The translations under genes and the position numbers were made by a program. This document shows, in pieces, positions 1 through 12,427 of a stretch of DNA of 64,000 nt (positions are counted from its first letter, which is position 1; every line of letters begins with the position of its first letter). The notes beneath the pieces were generated by a model. It had not been told where the DNA came from. It was given only the letters and a program-made list of their open reading frames with translations, and made no database searches. The stretch is taken from NCBI RefSeq assembly GCF_037042905.1, contig NW_026974154.1, positions 310,001 through 374,000 of the forward strand, in the 5' to 3' direction. This DNA is from Lytechinus pictus. Its lineage: Eukaryota.

Positions 1-501
1 CCAAAAACAACATTCGAATATTATCCTTTCCCCCTTTGTAAAGATTTTTGGTATTCAAGGTGATAATTTTCTAACATTCATTTTCCTTGCTTTCAAATAC
101 TATGATCACTTTTGTAAATTTAATAAAAAAAACCCCAATATTGTGGAATTCAAAGCTCGTATCAAAGGTACTAAGGATATTGAATATGTTTTGGCGAAGA
201 AAAATGGTAAATTACCTGTACATTTTAAAAAGTGGAGATTTGATATCTAATTTGTTTTATGTATCTGTCTTGACAAGTATATACCTACATGTACGTAAGT
301 GCTGCTCTGTTTAATCATGTAAATAGCTTGTTGATTTGTTTGATTTGTACTGTGATTTATTTTTTGATCAATAAAGATTGAAAGAAAAAAAAAATCTGTA
401 TATAGGCCTATACAGCATGTACATGAAAATTGAATGATAATATATAAACCTGGATTGGTGATGTATTCCAAATGATTCATGATGTAGTATCATTGTATAT
501 A

Positions 502-1250
502 CAGAAGCGTCGATCCTGGGGGGGGGGGGGGGGGGGCAGGGGGGGGCGATCGCCCCACCAATGAAAATATTGGGGGGGCAAACATATTGTTGTGCCCCCC
601 CCCCCCCCCCCATGATTCCGCATGTGCAAAAATAAAATAAGATGGTAATGTTACACAGAAATCAGCAAGCGAAATTGAGCTACACGACTCGCTTTTTATT
701 TAAAATCATGCTCAAATTGTCCGCTTTTCAGATTGGAATATACAAAATTTCAGCTCGCGCTTTGCGCTTGCATCATTTCTGTAGCAAAACCCCATACTTT
801 TCATGATTAAATAGGTAAATAGAATGTTCCGTTTTCAGTTCTAAACCTCAAAAGAACTCCCGCTTCGATTTGCAATAATCTTTTGTTGGATATAATCCTG
901 TTCTTTATTAAAAACTTCAATTAAACTTTTTTTTCAGATCGAAATATCAAAATTTTAACCTCACGCTTCGCGCTCGCATCTATTGTTTTTTTAGATACCC
1001 ATCTTAATCATTGGTACCAAAAATGCTTAGAATATCAAGCCTTCTGGTCAGAATATAAAGAAATTTCAGCTCGCCCTCGGCACTCGCATTATCTGTGTAG
1101 TGAGATATGTATCCTCCTCATGAGTTACTACAAACAGTCCTAAACAGGCACCTTTTTCCTGTTTTCAGGTCAGTATACTAACAAATTTCAGCTCGCGCTC
1201 GCATTAATTTGTTGGTGAGATATGTGTCTCTATCTCATGCGTCATATAAA
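502..1250. repeat. Truncated non-autonomous DNA-transposon-like repeat (G/C-run terminus, repeated CAGCTCGCGCTTCGCGCTCGCA-type motifs)
   Basis: Starts CAGAAGCGTCGATCC followed by poly-G/poly-C tracts. Internal GCTCGCGCTT(C/T)GCGCT motifs recur at about 29.5, 33.1-33.3 and 47.5 kb. No second terminus found; boundaries approximate. Confidence 0.45.
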
Positions 1251-1267
1251 TAAATAAATATTATATA

Positions 1268-1906
1268 CAGTTCGTCCCACAAAAAACGAAACCGATATTT
1301 ATCGATGATTTATCATAACTTAATCGCAAATATAATTGACAAATGACCTACCCTTTTAAAGCTTAGAATCTCCTCTTTCATATGAAATTACTTAGATTAT
1401 TTCTCATTCACGCATGAGTGAGCAAAAACAATTTGAAAAGGGGATACCAAAAAGTCACTTGGCGGGCCGTATCTGGGTTTTAAAAAGAAAACCACATTTT
1501 TAAAAAGTTCAATATCTGCTTTTTAATTTGATACCTCAATTACAGAAAATGGTTAAGAAATAACAAAGTTCTGGTTATTTTAAATAAGCCTTGAATTTCA
1601 ATAATTTCATAAAATGAAGAGGTTTTACAGGCTAGCGTTCAAACTCACTCGACACTCCGTTTTGTTGACGATCAGCCATGCATTAAGTCTTTTGTTACCC
1701 GAGCGATAGCTTCTGTGGGAAACCGGTGAAAACATGTTTATTTAATGAAATTATGGAAATACAAGCATTGTTTCGAGGGATCATAACTTTTTTACTACTT
1801 GACCATTTTCTGTCATTTAGGTATCAAAGAAAAGAGAAGATATTGAACTTTTTAGTCATGTGATTTTCTTTTTGAAATTCATATACCCCCCGCCAAATGA
1901 TTTTTT
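1268..1906. mobile_element. Tc1/mariner-like MITE, right end deleted
   Basis: TA|CAGTTCGTCCCACAAAAAACGAAACCGA terminus. It is the reverse-complement homologue of 63239-64000; homology stops at about 1906, 15 nt before the dispanin exon. Confidence 0.75.
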
Positions 1907-1920
1907 GTCCAAGAGCAAGT

Positions 1921-3013
1921 GTCGCAGGTCAGCAGACGATGGTGCATGTTGCCGCCGGGCCTATCCCGAAGGATTACTTTGGATTTGCGCTCTTCGTTAC
2001 AATCCTCTGCTGCCTACCATTTGGTGTTGTTGGCCTCGTCAAATCAAGCGAGGTAATTAAGTTATGTCTGACCAACAAACGTAGAGGGCAGCAGCAACAT
2101 CAGTTGAAGCTTGGCGGAAAACGTATATATAAATTATATATATATATATAATTCTTTTTATACCCCGAAAAAAGAATACTGTCAAAATGACTTGGCCATC
2201 CAGGGGTATCATTTATAAAATCCTTTATTCTGATTGGCTGCTGTGTCATACCAGTTATCATTGGATGACAAACTTACGATAATAGTAATTTTTGTACAAC
2301 GGAGCTCTAACTATGCTCATCAGGTTCTTGAGTATTTAAATTATTCCTTAACCGGGAATATTTTAAAAATATGATCACGTGGTACTGGATTGATTATGCT
2401 ATTATTCAACACGATTTTTGTAAAATATGAATGTCCAATATTTATGATAATTTGTTTAAACTTGAATGATTATTTCTTAATTTGTCAAATATGGATATTT
2501 AATACTCATAGGTATGTTTGTAAAGCAAAAAAAAAAAAAAAAAAAAAAAGATATTTGTGCTATTTAAAAAAAATCATAATAATGATAATTTTGATATACT
2601 TTTTTATTTTGGTAAAATATTAATGGGTCAATTTTTTAGTTATTTTATTTTTGTTTTAAACGTTATATATTTACTATGGAATTATTATATTCATGCGGAT
2701 TTTTTTGGTAAAAAGTAAACGAAAGATTTACTTCATATGAGTGTGAAAATTTTATTCTATTTTTCTTAAGTTGGATATTCAATATTTTATTTTTTAGAAG
2801 TTGATTTTATTTATTATTATTTTACAGGTGAAGAATCGTGCGGCAGGAGGAGATTATAGCGGAGCAACCATCTCGTCATCTGAGGCTCGACGCTGGTCAT
2901 GGGCTGGCTGTATTATCGGAGGGATTACGTGGGGTATTGCTCTCATTGTGACGTGTGTCTACATAGGTCTTGCTGTAGCTGCCTGTAACGCTGGAGATTG
3001 CTATAATTACTAA
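1921..3013 (+). CDS. CD225/dispanin family membrane protein (IFITM/PRRT-like), copy 1; exons ~1921-2052 and 2828-3013, 5' part missing or outside the window
   Basis: Spliced translation ...PIPKDYFGFALFVTILCCLPFGVVGLVKSSE|VKNRAAGGDYSGATISSSEARRWSWAGCIIG... fits the CD225 pattern (PxDY, CC-P-G, GD---A---S--AR, then a TM helix). Phase-0 intron GTAATT...TTTACAG. Confidence 0.8.
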
Positions 3014-3860
3014 ACATGGGAGGGGCTACAGAATGGCGATCGCCCTGAATGATTTCCAGTTGAAAGATAAGAAGAAAACAGAAAGGAACAGACAATTTTT
3101 GAAATAGATAAATTACCCATCAATTTAATGGCATTTCTTTAATTGCTATTTTTGAACCAATAACCAGACTCGCATTTTAATAAAAAATAGATTTATCACA
3201 TTTTGTCTATTCATGATTATTTTTACCTTTACGTCATTACCATGAAACTAAACATAGAAGAAGAATACCTCGGAAAGAAGGCATTTGTTAAAAACACACA
3301 CACACACACAAACAAAAAAGAAGAGCGAGGGTCCATAGAGGGGGGGGGGGGGTCCCTTCACCCCTGTGGATCCGGTACTGGTAACATAAAGTGATAGGCT
3401 TTATTCTACATGATTGATTCAATACGGAAATAGTCAAGCTTGATAATATCACAATGAAATATTTTGCTGAAATCAAATGAAGTTTGTTTTGCTAATACAA
3501 AATTGGCTGTGTCCAAATAAACCGTAGTCTACAAGTATTACACAAGTTTAAACATTATTGTTTCGGTCATCTGCTATATTTGCTCCATTTTTATCAGTTT
3601 AGGCATAGATTATGCTTGAGATCATCATGAGTTTTGTTACTTGTTCTAGAAATTGTTCATTTATTAATATAACAAGTCTTGAAGCGGGTCGGGACTCTGA
3701 TTTGTTTATTCTTATTTGTTTATTTTTTAAGGAATTGCCTTTATTTTGCTCATCTTTGAAAATAATCAATAACTTTGTTCAATGAAATGCTTTATTTGCA
3801 TGGTATTCTCGACCTCTTTCATAACACCTATATATTATTTACGATGATTGCTATGCAGCG

Positions 3861-6800
3861 CGGCCCTAATCTGGCAAAAGGGTCTATCTGCAAAATTTTG
3901 GAAATTTTTTTTTTTTCCTAATTAGGGTTTATGAGGCCAAAATTTTCATCTGGCCAACTCTCAGTGGTGCTCGAGCTTTCGTTTTCGAGATACCAGAGGA
4001 CACCAATATCAAATTCCATCATTTTACTGGTATCTAATCTGGCAGAAGGGTCTATCTGCACATATACCCTATAAAAAGTGGTAGTAATCTGGCAAAGGGG
4101 TTTATCTGCACATAGACCCTTTTGCCAGATTACATGGTGGAGAAGACGTATCTATTTAATCAGGCAAAAGGGTCTATCTAGTCCAGTAGATATGTGAAAA
4201 AGATGCTCGAATCTGGCAGAAAGTGTAAAATTTGGCATACAGGGGTATTTTGGGGCGCTGATTTCAAAAATTGCCGGCCCCAAGCGATTTTACCATCGGG
4301 TTGGCTGCCATTTTGAAATCCAAGATGGCCGCCATGAAAAATCATTAAATGTCATTTTCTTGAGTTTTACATGGCATGTGACACTGAAATTTGGCATATA
4401 GGGGTATTTTGAGGCACTGATTTCAAATATTGCCGGCCCCCAGCAATTTGACCATTCGGCCGGCGGCAAAATGACCGCCATTTTGAAATCCAAGATGGCC
4501 GCCATGATATATTATTGCAATCATTTTCTCGACTTTTATATGAACTGCGGTATTGATATTTGGCATATAGGCTTAATTTGGGGTGCTAATTTCGAATATT
4601 GCCGGCCCCAAGTGATTTGACCATCAGGTTGGCTGCCATTTTGAAATCCAAGATGGCCGCCATGAGAAATCATTAAATGTCATTTTCTTGAGTTTTACAC
4701 GACATGTGACACTGAAATTTGGCATATAGGGGTATTTTGAGGCACTGATTTCAAATATTGCCGGCCCCCAGCAATTTGACCATTTGGTTGGCAGCAAAAT
4801 GGCCGCCATCTTGAAATCCATGATGGCCGCCATGAAATATCGTTGCAATCATTTTCTCGAGTTTTATATGAACTGCGGTATTGAAATTTGGGATATAGGC
4901 TTAATTTTGGGCGCTGATTTCAAATATTGCCGGCCTCAAGCGATTTGACCATCGGGTCAGCCGCCATTTGAAATCAAAGATGGCCGCCATGAAAAATCAT
5001 TGAACTCATTTTCTTGAATTTTACATATGTGCCACTAAAATTTGTAGTATATGGGTATCTGGGTGCGTTAATAAAAAAATTGCTGGCTCCAAGGAATCTG
5101 ACAATTGGTCAGCGGAAAAATGGCCGTCATCTTGAAATCCAAGCTTGCTGCCATAGAAATTTTGCAATTATTTCGTTGAGTTTTATATGATCTGCGGCAT
5201 TGCACTTTGACATATAGAAGTAGTGTGGGGAGCTTATTTCAAATATTGCCGGCCCTCAGCGATCTGATCCCCTGAGTCAGGGTTATACGGGCGTAATTAC
5301 AACTGGCAGGCCAAAGATATTCATTCGAGCAAACCCACCCTAAATTTTTAATTTTGATATTGCTGATTTTCAAAAATGAATATGATTGATAATCTTACAC
5401 TAGCTGATTCTAGGGAGGGTAACTTTACTGAACTTGCTTTTTTCAAATTGGGAAGAATATCACCACTTTGGAACTATTTTTATACTGGCGGAAGAAGTAT
5501 TGCCATTTTACTGTCTCAAGCCATGAATTTGATCCTGTCAGGTGTAGTCTTCATAAATGCCGATTTATTTTTAAAATGAGCTGCTCGAGGTACCCTTTTC
5601 TTAAGATGGCTGCCATGAAAACAAAATACATACATGTACATAATACCAATTTACAGTGTCACATGTAATGTATAGCTCAGGAAAGATATTTCATAAAAGC
5701 CATCCTAGATTTCAAAGTGGCGGCCATTTTCAGCTGACCTGGTGGATCAATCAATGGGGCAGCAATATTCTAAAACCAGCAGGCCAAAACCTGCCTGTAC
5801 ATGTATGTCTAAAATGCAGTGCCTCAAATTATTTAAAACTCAAGAAAATAATTTGGATTTTCATGACAGTCGATCCTCTCTAGATTTCAAGATGGTGGCC
5901 ATTTTGCAGCCTATCTATTGGACAGACTACTGGGGGAAATTTCAATACCCCAAGTGTCAAATTTCAAAATAATATCTACGTTATAATTATAATACCTGAT
6001 TTTTTTTTTGATTTTTTTTTCATGGCAGCCATCTTGGATTTCAAGATGGCTGCCAGTTTGCAGCTGAGGTATCACGGGCCTAAAACATTTCCCATAGTCT
6101 CGTGTGTTAAAGAGGCGCTCAAAAAAAGGATGAAATTCGAGAATTGAATGTTTACTACCAGTGGATAGGATACATGTCTGACATTCCATATCTGACCAGA
6201 AAAGGGTACCTCAAGTAGCTCATTTTAAAAATAAATCAGCATTTATGAAGACTACACCTGACAGGATCAAATTCATGACTTGAGATAGTAAAATGGCAAT
6301 ACTTCTTCCGCCAGTATAAAAATAGTTCCAAAGTGGTGATATATCATCCCAATTTGAAAAAAGAAAGTTAATTCAGTAAAGTTACCCTCCCTAGAATCAG
6401 TGTAAGATTATCAATCATATTCATTCATTTTTGAAAATCAGCAATATCAAAATTAAAGATTTAAAATGGGTTTTCTCGAATGAATATCTTTGGCCTGCCA
6501 GTTGTAATTACGCCCGTATAACCCTGACTCAGGGGATCAGATCGCTGAGGGCCAGCAATATTTGAAATAAGCTCCCCACACTACTTCTATATGTCAAAGT
6601 GCAATGCCGCAGAACATTGCAAAAGGTGAATACAGATTTAAGAAAAGAAGGATAGCACGAAAGAAGAAGAGTAGAGATAAAGAACAGGAGATCAAGGGAA
6701 AGAGGAGAAAAAGGCAAAAAACAGAAGAAATGAAAAAACACAATTGGTAGATGTTAGACTGCCATATAAAAAATAAAATCATAGATTTTAGAAGAAAACA

Positions 6801-8323
6801 GATAGCTCTTAAAGAATGAAAGGCAAAGAAAAACTCTTCGTCAGTCTGTGGCATGAGAAAGAGAAATCAAAATACAACTGGTTATAATTAATGAAGATCT
6901 TATACGATGGATTAAATTAAAAAAAAAATATTGTTATGCCCAACTTTATAATTGATTAATTTTGTATAATCAACAATATCCTAGCCAATTAAGTGTAAAA
7001 TCTTGGATAGTGTCATCATTATTATGATTATTTTATTCATTTATTTATTTATGTATTTTTTGTTGGGGGGGTTAGGTTTTACATTTTCCAATCGCTAAGA
7101 CACCCTGTGCATCCAACCAATTGCTTTCAGAACAAAGTCAAGTAGTTATAAACGCCTAGTGAATCAAATGGTTTTTGTAACATTCCTGGTAGACCAAATG
7201 GCTGGCTGTGGACCAAATGCCTACTTAGACCAATTAGTTACGGACCAAACGCCTAGTAGATCAAATAATTTTTGTTACATTCCTGGTCGACCAAATGCCT
7301 ACTTAGACCAATTAGTTACGGACCAAATGCCTAGTAGACCAAATGGTTTTTGTAACATTCCTCGTAGACCAAATGGTTGTGGACCAAATGAAATGACTAC
7401 TTAGACCAAATGGTTGTGGACCAGACGCCTAGAAGACCAAATGCTTGTGGACCAAACGCATAGTAGACCAAATAGTTTTTTTTGTATCAATGCCTAGTAG
7501 ACCGAATGGTCGTGGACTAAACGCCTAGTAGACCAGTGGTTTTGTAACAACGTCTAGTAGACCAAACACCTAGTAGACCAAATGGTTGTGGACCAAACGC
7601 CTAGTAGACCAAATGGTTGTGGACCAAACGCCTATTAGACCAAATGGTTTTGTAACAACGCCTATAGTTGTGGACCAAACGCCTAGTAGACCAAATGGTT
7701 TTGTAACAAATGCCTAGTAGACCAAACGGTCAGTAGACCAAATGGTTTTGGACAAAATGGATAGTAAACCAAGTGGTTGTAGACCATGAAGTTGAGAGTC
7801 CTGCGCAGCCTGTCCAATATTATAATAGTTTACCAACCGTGCAGATATACCTTTCTGCCTGGTTAAATTAACACAATTTCCCTCTGTAACAGGGTGTATC
7901 TGCAGATAGACCCCGTTTGCCTGATAAAATAAACATATTATCTGCCATCATTTAATCTGGCAAAAAGGTCTATGTGCAGATAGACCCTTTTGCCAGATTA
8001 CAGCCAATTTTTATAGGGTCTATGTGCAGATAGACCCTTTTGCCAGATAAATATCACTGTCTTTGCTCCCGAGATTAATCTGGCAAAAGGGTCTATCTGC
8101 ATTAAATCGGATCTTACAAGAAAAGTAAAGGGATTAAAATAATAAAAAGGGACTAAAAATAATTTTTCAAAGATAAACTAAGTGATAGAATAGAGTCCAC
8201 CAGCGAAAATTAACTCTCAAGTATTCTACAAGTAAATTAAATGCTCAAACTTCAAAGCTGATTTTCTCAGAAAGTTTTTCGAGGGCGAATGTGCAGATAG
8301 ACCCTTTTGCCAGATTAGGGCCG
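3861..8323. mobile_element. 4.46-kb non-autonomous TIR DNA transposon, superfamily unassigned
   Basis: Perfect 32-bp TIRs CGGCCCTAATCTGGCAAAAGGGTCTATCTGCA, flanked by a 4-bp direct repeat AGCG (3857-3860, 8324-8327). The TIR core is repeated subterminally in both orientations. No transposase ORF. Confidence 0.85.
7150..7786. repeat. Minisatellite built from 15-16 bp subunits (GCCTAGTAGACCAAAT / GGTTGTGGACCAAAC)
   Basis: Directly visible degenerate tandem array inside the TIR element. Confidence 0.85.
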
Positions 8324-8655
8324 AGCGGACTGATGCAAAATCAAAGAAAAAAAAGGGCTTTCCAGTTTGTATTAAACATGAGAATAATAACATAAATAAT
8401 ATTAATGATAATAACAATAATAATGATGATGATAATAATACAAACAAAATGATATTATTAATTACCAAAATATTAATATGCAACATTTAGGCCTATATAT
8501 CGCTTGATAAAAATATTTATAAGCGAAATTTCAACAATTGCAATCATCTCTTAAATATGAATGTGAATCAAAACGCTTCTTCTCACTTCGCTTTCCAATT
8601 AAAATGAAATGAAATCATCCTGAATGTGGTCCGATGCTTCTTGTTATTGTCTTTA

Positions 8656-8900
8656 CAGTGCAAAATCTCCGGTGTTGATTTAACACCAGCCCGGAATCTA
8701 TATTAAGTCCACAACAGAGAAGTATTGAAACAACTTCGGTTTGGAATCAAACCGATGCTGTTTTGACACCAATTAGTGTTGTATAAACACCTATCTGGTG
8801 TGAGACCGAAACGAAACTGGTGTTGTTTAACACTTGTCTGGTGTGGACATATAATACAGATTCGGGGCTGGTGTTAAATCAACACCAGAGTTTTGCAGTG
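8656..8900. mobile_element. ~245-bp MITE with TA flanks
   Basis: TA|CAGTGCAAAATCTCCGGTGTTGATTTAACACCAGCCC ... GGGCTGGTGTTAAATCAACACCAGAGTTTTGCAGTG|TA inverted termini. Confidence 0.7.
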
Positions 8901-9854
8901 TAGTGTATTAAAAGATGTTCATAACATATTTAATTCTAGCTAGTTGAGGGGATGGATGAGTGAGGGTGTGCTTGCGTGTGTATATTATTGCGTGAATGTG
9001 GATGTGCATGTGTTGGGAGCGGTCGTAACGTTATTAGCGGTTTTAATGTCATTTTGTGATAAATCAACATTTGCTGGATAGGGGGTCGAATGAAAGCCCA
9101 ACTCGCGCAAATCGTACTCTAAACACGTAGTGTTGACTTCGTGGTCAAAAAGCACATCCTTTTTAAGACATTTTAGTCTTGATTTTTTATACCCTTGCAA
9201 ATTTGACCCTAAATACGTATTTTCCTAGCAAGATAGATCCCCCTTTTTTTTAATTATTTTAGTGTTTTTTTACACCCTTATTACGTTACGTACGTAACGT
9301 GGACTATCTTGAAAAAGACATCATTTTACGCGTTTTTTTGGTCGCGCATGGTATCCACTCGTCAATGTAAGTGGCCCCCGGGGGTTTTAATAATTTTGAT
9401 CAATTCAACTTAGTTTTTACTGTGTGTGATTCGGATAGGTTTTGACTTGTTATTCTAATTTCTTTGCTATGCTTAATATTTTTGTTTCTTTCTAATAGGT
9501 GATCAATTGTATGTTTTGTGTAACTTTGATACAAGACTTATTAGTGCATCAATAACCAATGTTGTTACATACATAGACACATTCCAGTCATTTTTTTTTA
9601 ATGATATGAATGATTCCCAAGTATTTTGATAGATGTATGAATTTAAAATTATCTGAGTTTTGTCTTAAACCTCGCAATATTCTCCTTTTTAATGAATTGA
9701 AAAAACAATTTGATCTGAGATGACTTTTGTATGTATGATTCTAAATATTCCTGATGCAGTGACCTTGGTTCGTTGACTTGAAAGAAAAATCGGTCTAAGA
9801 AAAATCAGAAAAATTTAGAGAAATAATGAAGGTTTGTAACAAAAATCTATTTAA

Positions 9855-10422
9855 AGGTCAAGTCCACCTCAGAAAAATGTTGATTTTAATCATTAGAGAA
9901 AAATCAGACTAGCACAATGCTGAAAATTTCATCAAAATCGGATGTAAAATAAGAAAACTATGACGTTTCAAAGTTTCGCTTATTTTTAACAAAATAGTTA
10001 TATATACGAGCCGGTTCATCCAAATGAGAGAGTCGATGATGTCACTCACTCACTATTTCTTTTGTTTTTTATTGTTTGAATTAAACAATATTTCAATTTT
10101 TACGAATTTGAAGATTAGGACCTCCTTGTATGAACCACAAAATGTTAAAATAGTGGAATTCCACGTGTTCAAGGAGGAATGAAACTTCATTTCACATGAA
10201 AATGACGAGAAAGTAAAAATATTTCATATTTCATATAATAAAATACAAAAGAAATAGTGAGTGAGTGATGTCATCAGTTCCCTCATTTGCATACTGACCG
10301 AGATGTGCATATAACTGTTTTGTGAAATGAAGCGAAACTTTTAAATGTCATAAGTTTCTTATTTTACATCCGATTTTGATGTTTTGATTCAAAACAACAT
10401 TTTTCTGGGATGGACTTGACCT
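9855..10422. mobile_element. TTAA-target MITE (Kolobok-like AGG...CCT ends)
   Basis: TTAA|AGGTCAAGTCCA ... TGGACTTGACCT|TTAA, largely palindromic. Related copies at 30278 and 53941, and a degraded one near 28 kb. Confidence 0.75.
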
Positions 10423-10826
10423 TTAAGAATTAAAGATTTGTGAATTGTTAAAGTTTAGTTCTCTTATGCAAGCAGTTTTCCATTTATATTTGTGTAGCAA
10501 ACGTGCAACTTACAGGCAGAGGTTAAGCTGTGTATTTGTGCAAATAATTCATCATCCATTCACCATGCAATTATAGTTGTCGTCATTCTTAAAAGCAACG
10601 CTATAGAAATACATATTGAGAACATTGTTTAGAGCTATGCATTTTCTACCCAATTTCTATTTGATTATTGATTGCACTTGAATATCTTTGTTTATTGTGA
10701 TTATTTTATGAGGAAGAGAAAGAGAGAGAGAGAGAGCGAGAGAAAGAGAGAGTAGAGGAACCTTGATGTACTGGTTCTGATTCTTGCCCTTTAAGCAGAG
10801 GATCGTGTGTTTGAATCCCACCACGG

Positions 10827-12427
10827 TGTAGCGGCATGAATATAATTTGGTATATTTGCCATTATTATGTACTGTTTACATGTATGTATCTTGTATACAG
10901 AGTTAGTGGAAAAAGAAAGTAAAAAATGTCAATGCAAGATTGTACACAGCGCATTGCTTATTGTGCTCCTTGATTCCAAGAAGTCCAGGAGAAGATGAGT
11001 CATGTGGGTGAAGCATCACCCAAACTATAGAACAAAGAAAGTAAGATTCAGAAGTTGCAAAGATTCAGAAGAAGAGAGTCAAGAAATTATATTTATTCCT
11101 GTAAATTGTGAAATTCCCCAGGATTGCAAACAGTTGGTAAGTTTAAATTGCATTATTATCAAAGTTTATATATGTGCTGTCAATTATACCATAATACTGG
11201 GTTTAATAAGTCATTCACATTTATGTAATTTTGGCTCAAATTTGAGTGATGGAATTTGGCATTTTGCTCTCTATCGAGCATTACTTCATAATGTATACTT
11301 GTACACACAGACCGATAGAAAGTGATTGGTGTTCAGTCAGATTTAATTATTATTAATATGTTATAAAGATCAGTATGCTTCGTATTATTGTGTGCTATTA
11401 TGTTCACATGAACTTATTCTTTGATTATACAAGAAGATTATATTGCATTTATTTTTCTGAGAGTGATATATAATGCGCACTTCATTTAGTTGTAAGTAGT
11501 CAACTGGTGTTATATATTGTGTAGGGTGGTAGGGTCTCCTAGCTTAGGCATGAGATCATTGGGTTATTACTCTATTACTATATTATGTTATCATAAACAT
11601 ATCTAAGTACTGTTTGGTTTAGTTTAGGAATCACATATATTATGATTCATCATGGTTTATTAGTATTTAACCAGTTATTAGTAAGTGTTTGTTATATATT
11701 TTCTGTTTGCCTATATTAATTTCAGTATTATTTGCTTTAAGATAATAAGGGTATTAAAGGGATGAAGATGTTTATTAACTATAATTACAATTATTAGGCC
11801 AACAAGATAATGAGTTTATATTGCACATATTCAGATTTAATCTGATATTGATTACAGTTATTGATTACCAATTTATTATTGTTTACCAAACAATTATTCA
11901 ACTCAAATAATATGATCAATTATTGAGGTTTCCTTTAATCACGTTAATATCCTTGACCGTTGTATATTGCATCAGTATCATTGAGACTTATTCCCTGTGG
12001 GTATATAAGAAGTTATTTACAAGTTATTCAGTCATGTTTGAATTATGTTACTGTTGGTAAATGAATATTAACACTGTGTTTATATGTTTATTTGTTTATT
12101 CAGCGAACCGCTCAATTACCGCTCAATTACCGCTCAATTACCGCTCAATCGCTCAAACGCTTATGCAATTGTTGACGTACTGGTTGTTGACAGTTGATGC
12201 TGGTTAAAGGTTTCTTCGCTGGTCGTTGGTTATGTCGACCTAGAAACTTCATTACAAGGCCGTATTTGATGTCAAGTTGTTGATTTATGTGTCGTCATTA
12301 TTACGGAAGAAGTTGAAGAAGGAATAAACAGACAAGTAACTGTAAAGCCGCTGTTTGAGTCTTCAATTAGCGTGTTCGAACTAAGCAATTAAGAATTTCC
12401 ACGTGTAGTTTAAGAAAGGCAGCTACA
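10827..12427 (+). repeat. 5' LTR (1601 bp)
   Basis: Direct repeat of 18240-19829; TG...CA ends; AATAAA at 12323-12328; four ACCGCTCAAT(T) units. Confidence 0.97.
11137..12103 (+). other. Predicted 967-nt GT-AG intron inside the LTR (3' LTR copy at 18550-19516)
   Basis: Consensus donor TTG|GTAAGT, AT-rich body, branch-like TATTAAC (12066-12072), pyrimidine-rich tract ending TTATTCAG|. The joined junction is exactly complementary to the PBS position. Confidence 0.75.

Noticed and set aside
7150-7786. CRISPR-like regular repeats
   Set aside because: No unique spacers and no cas genes; eukaryotic minisatellite.
11002-11325. 107-aa ORF present twice (also 18415-18738)
   Set aside because: It is duplicated only because it lies in the LTRs; it runs through the splice donor into intron-like sequence and shows no recognisable domain.
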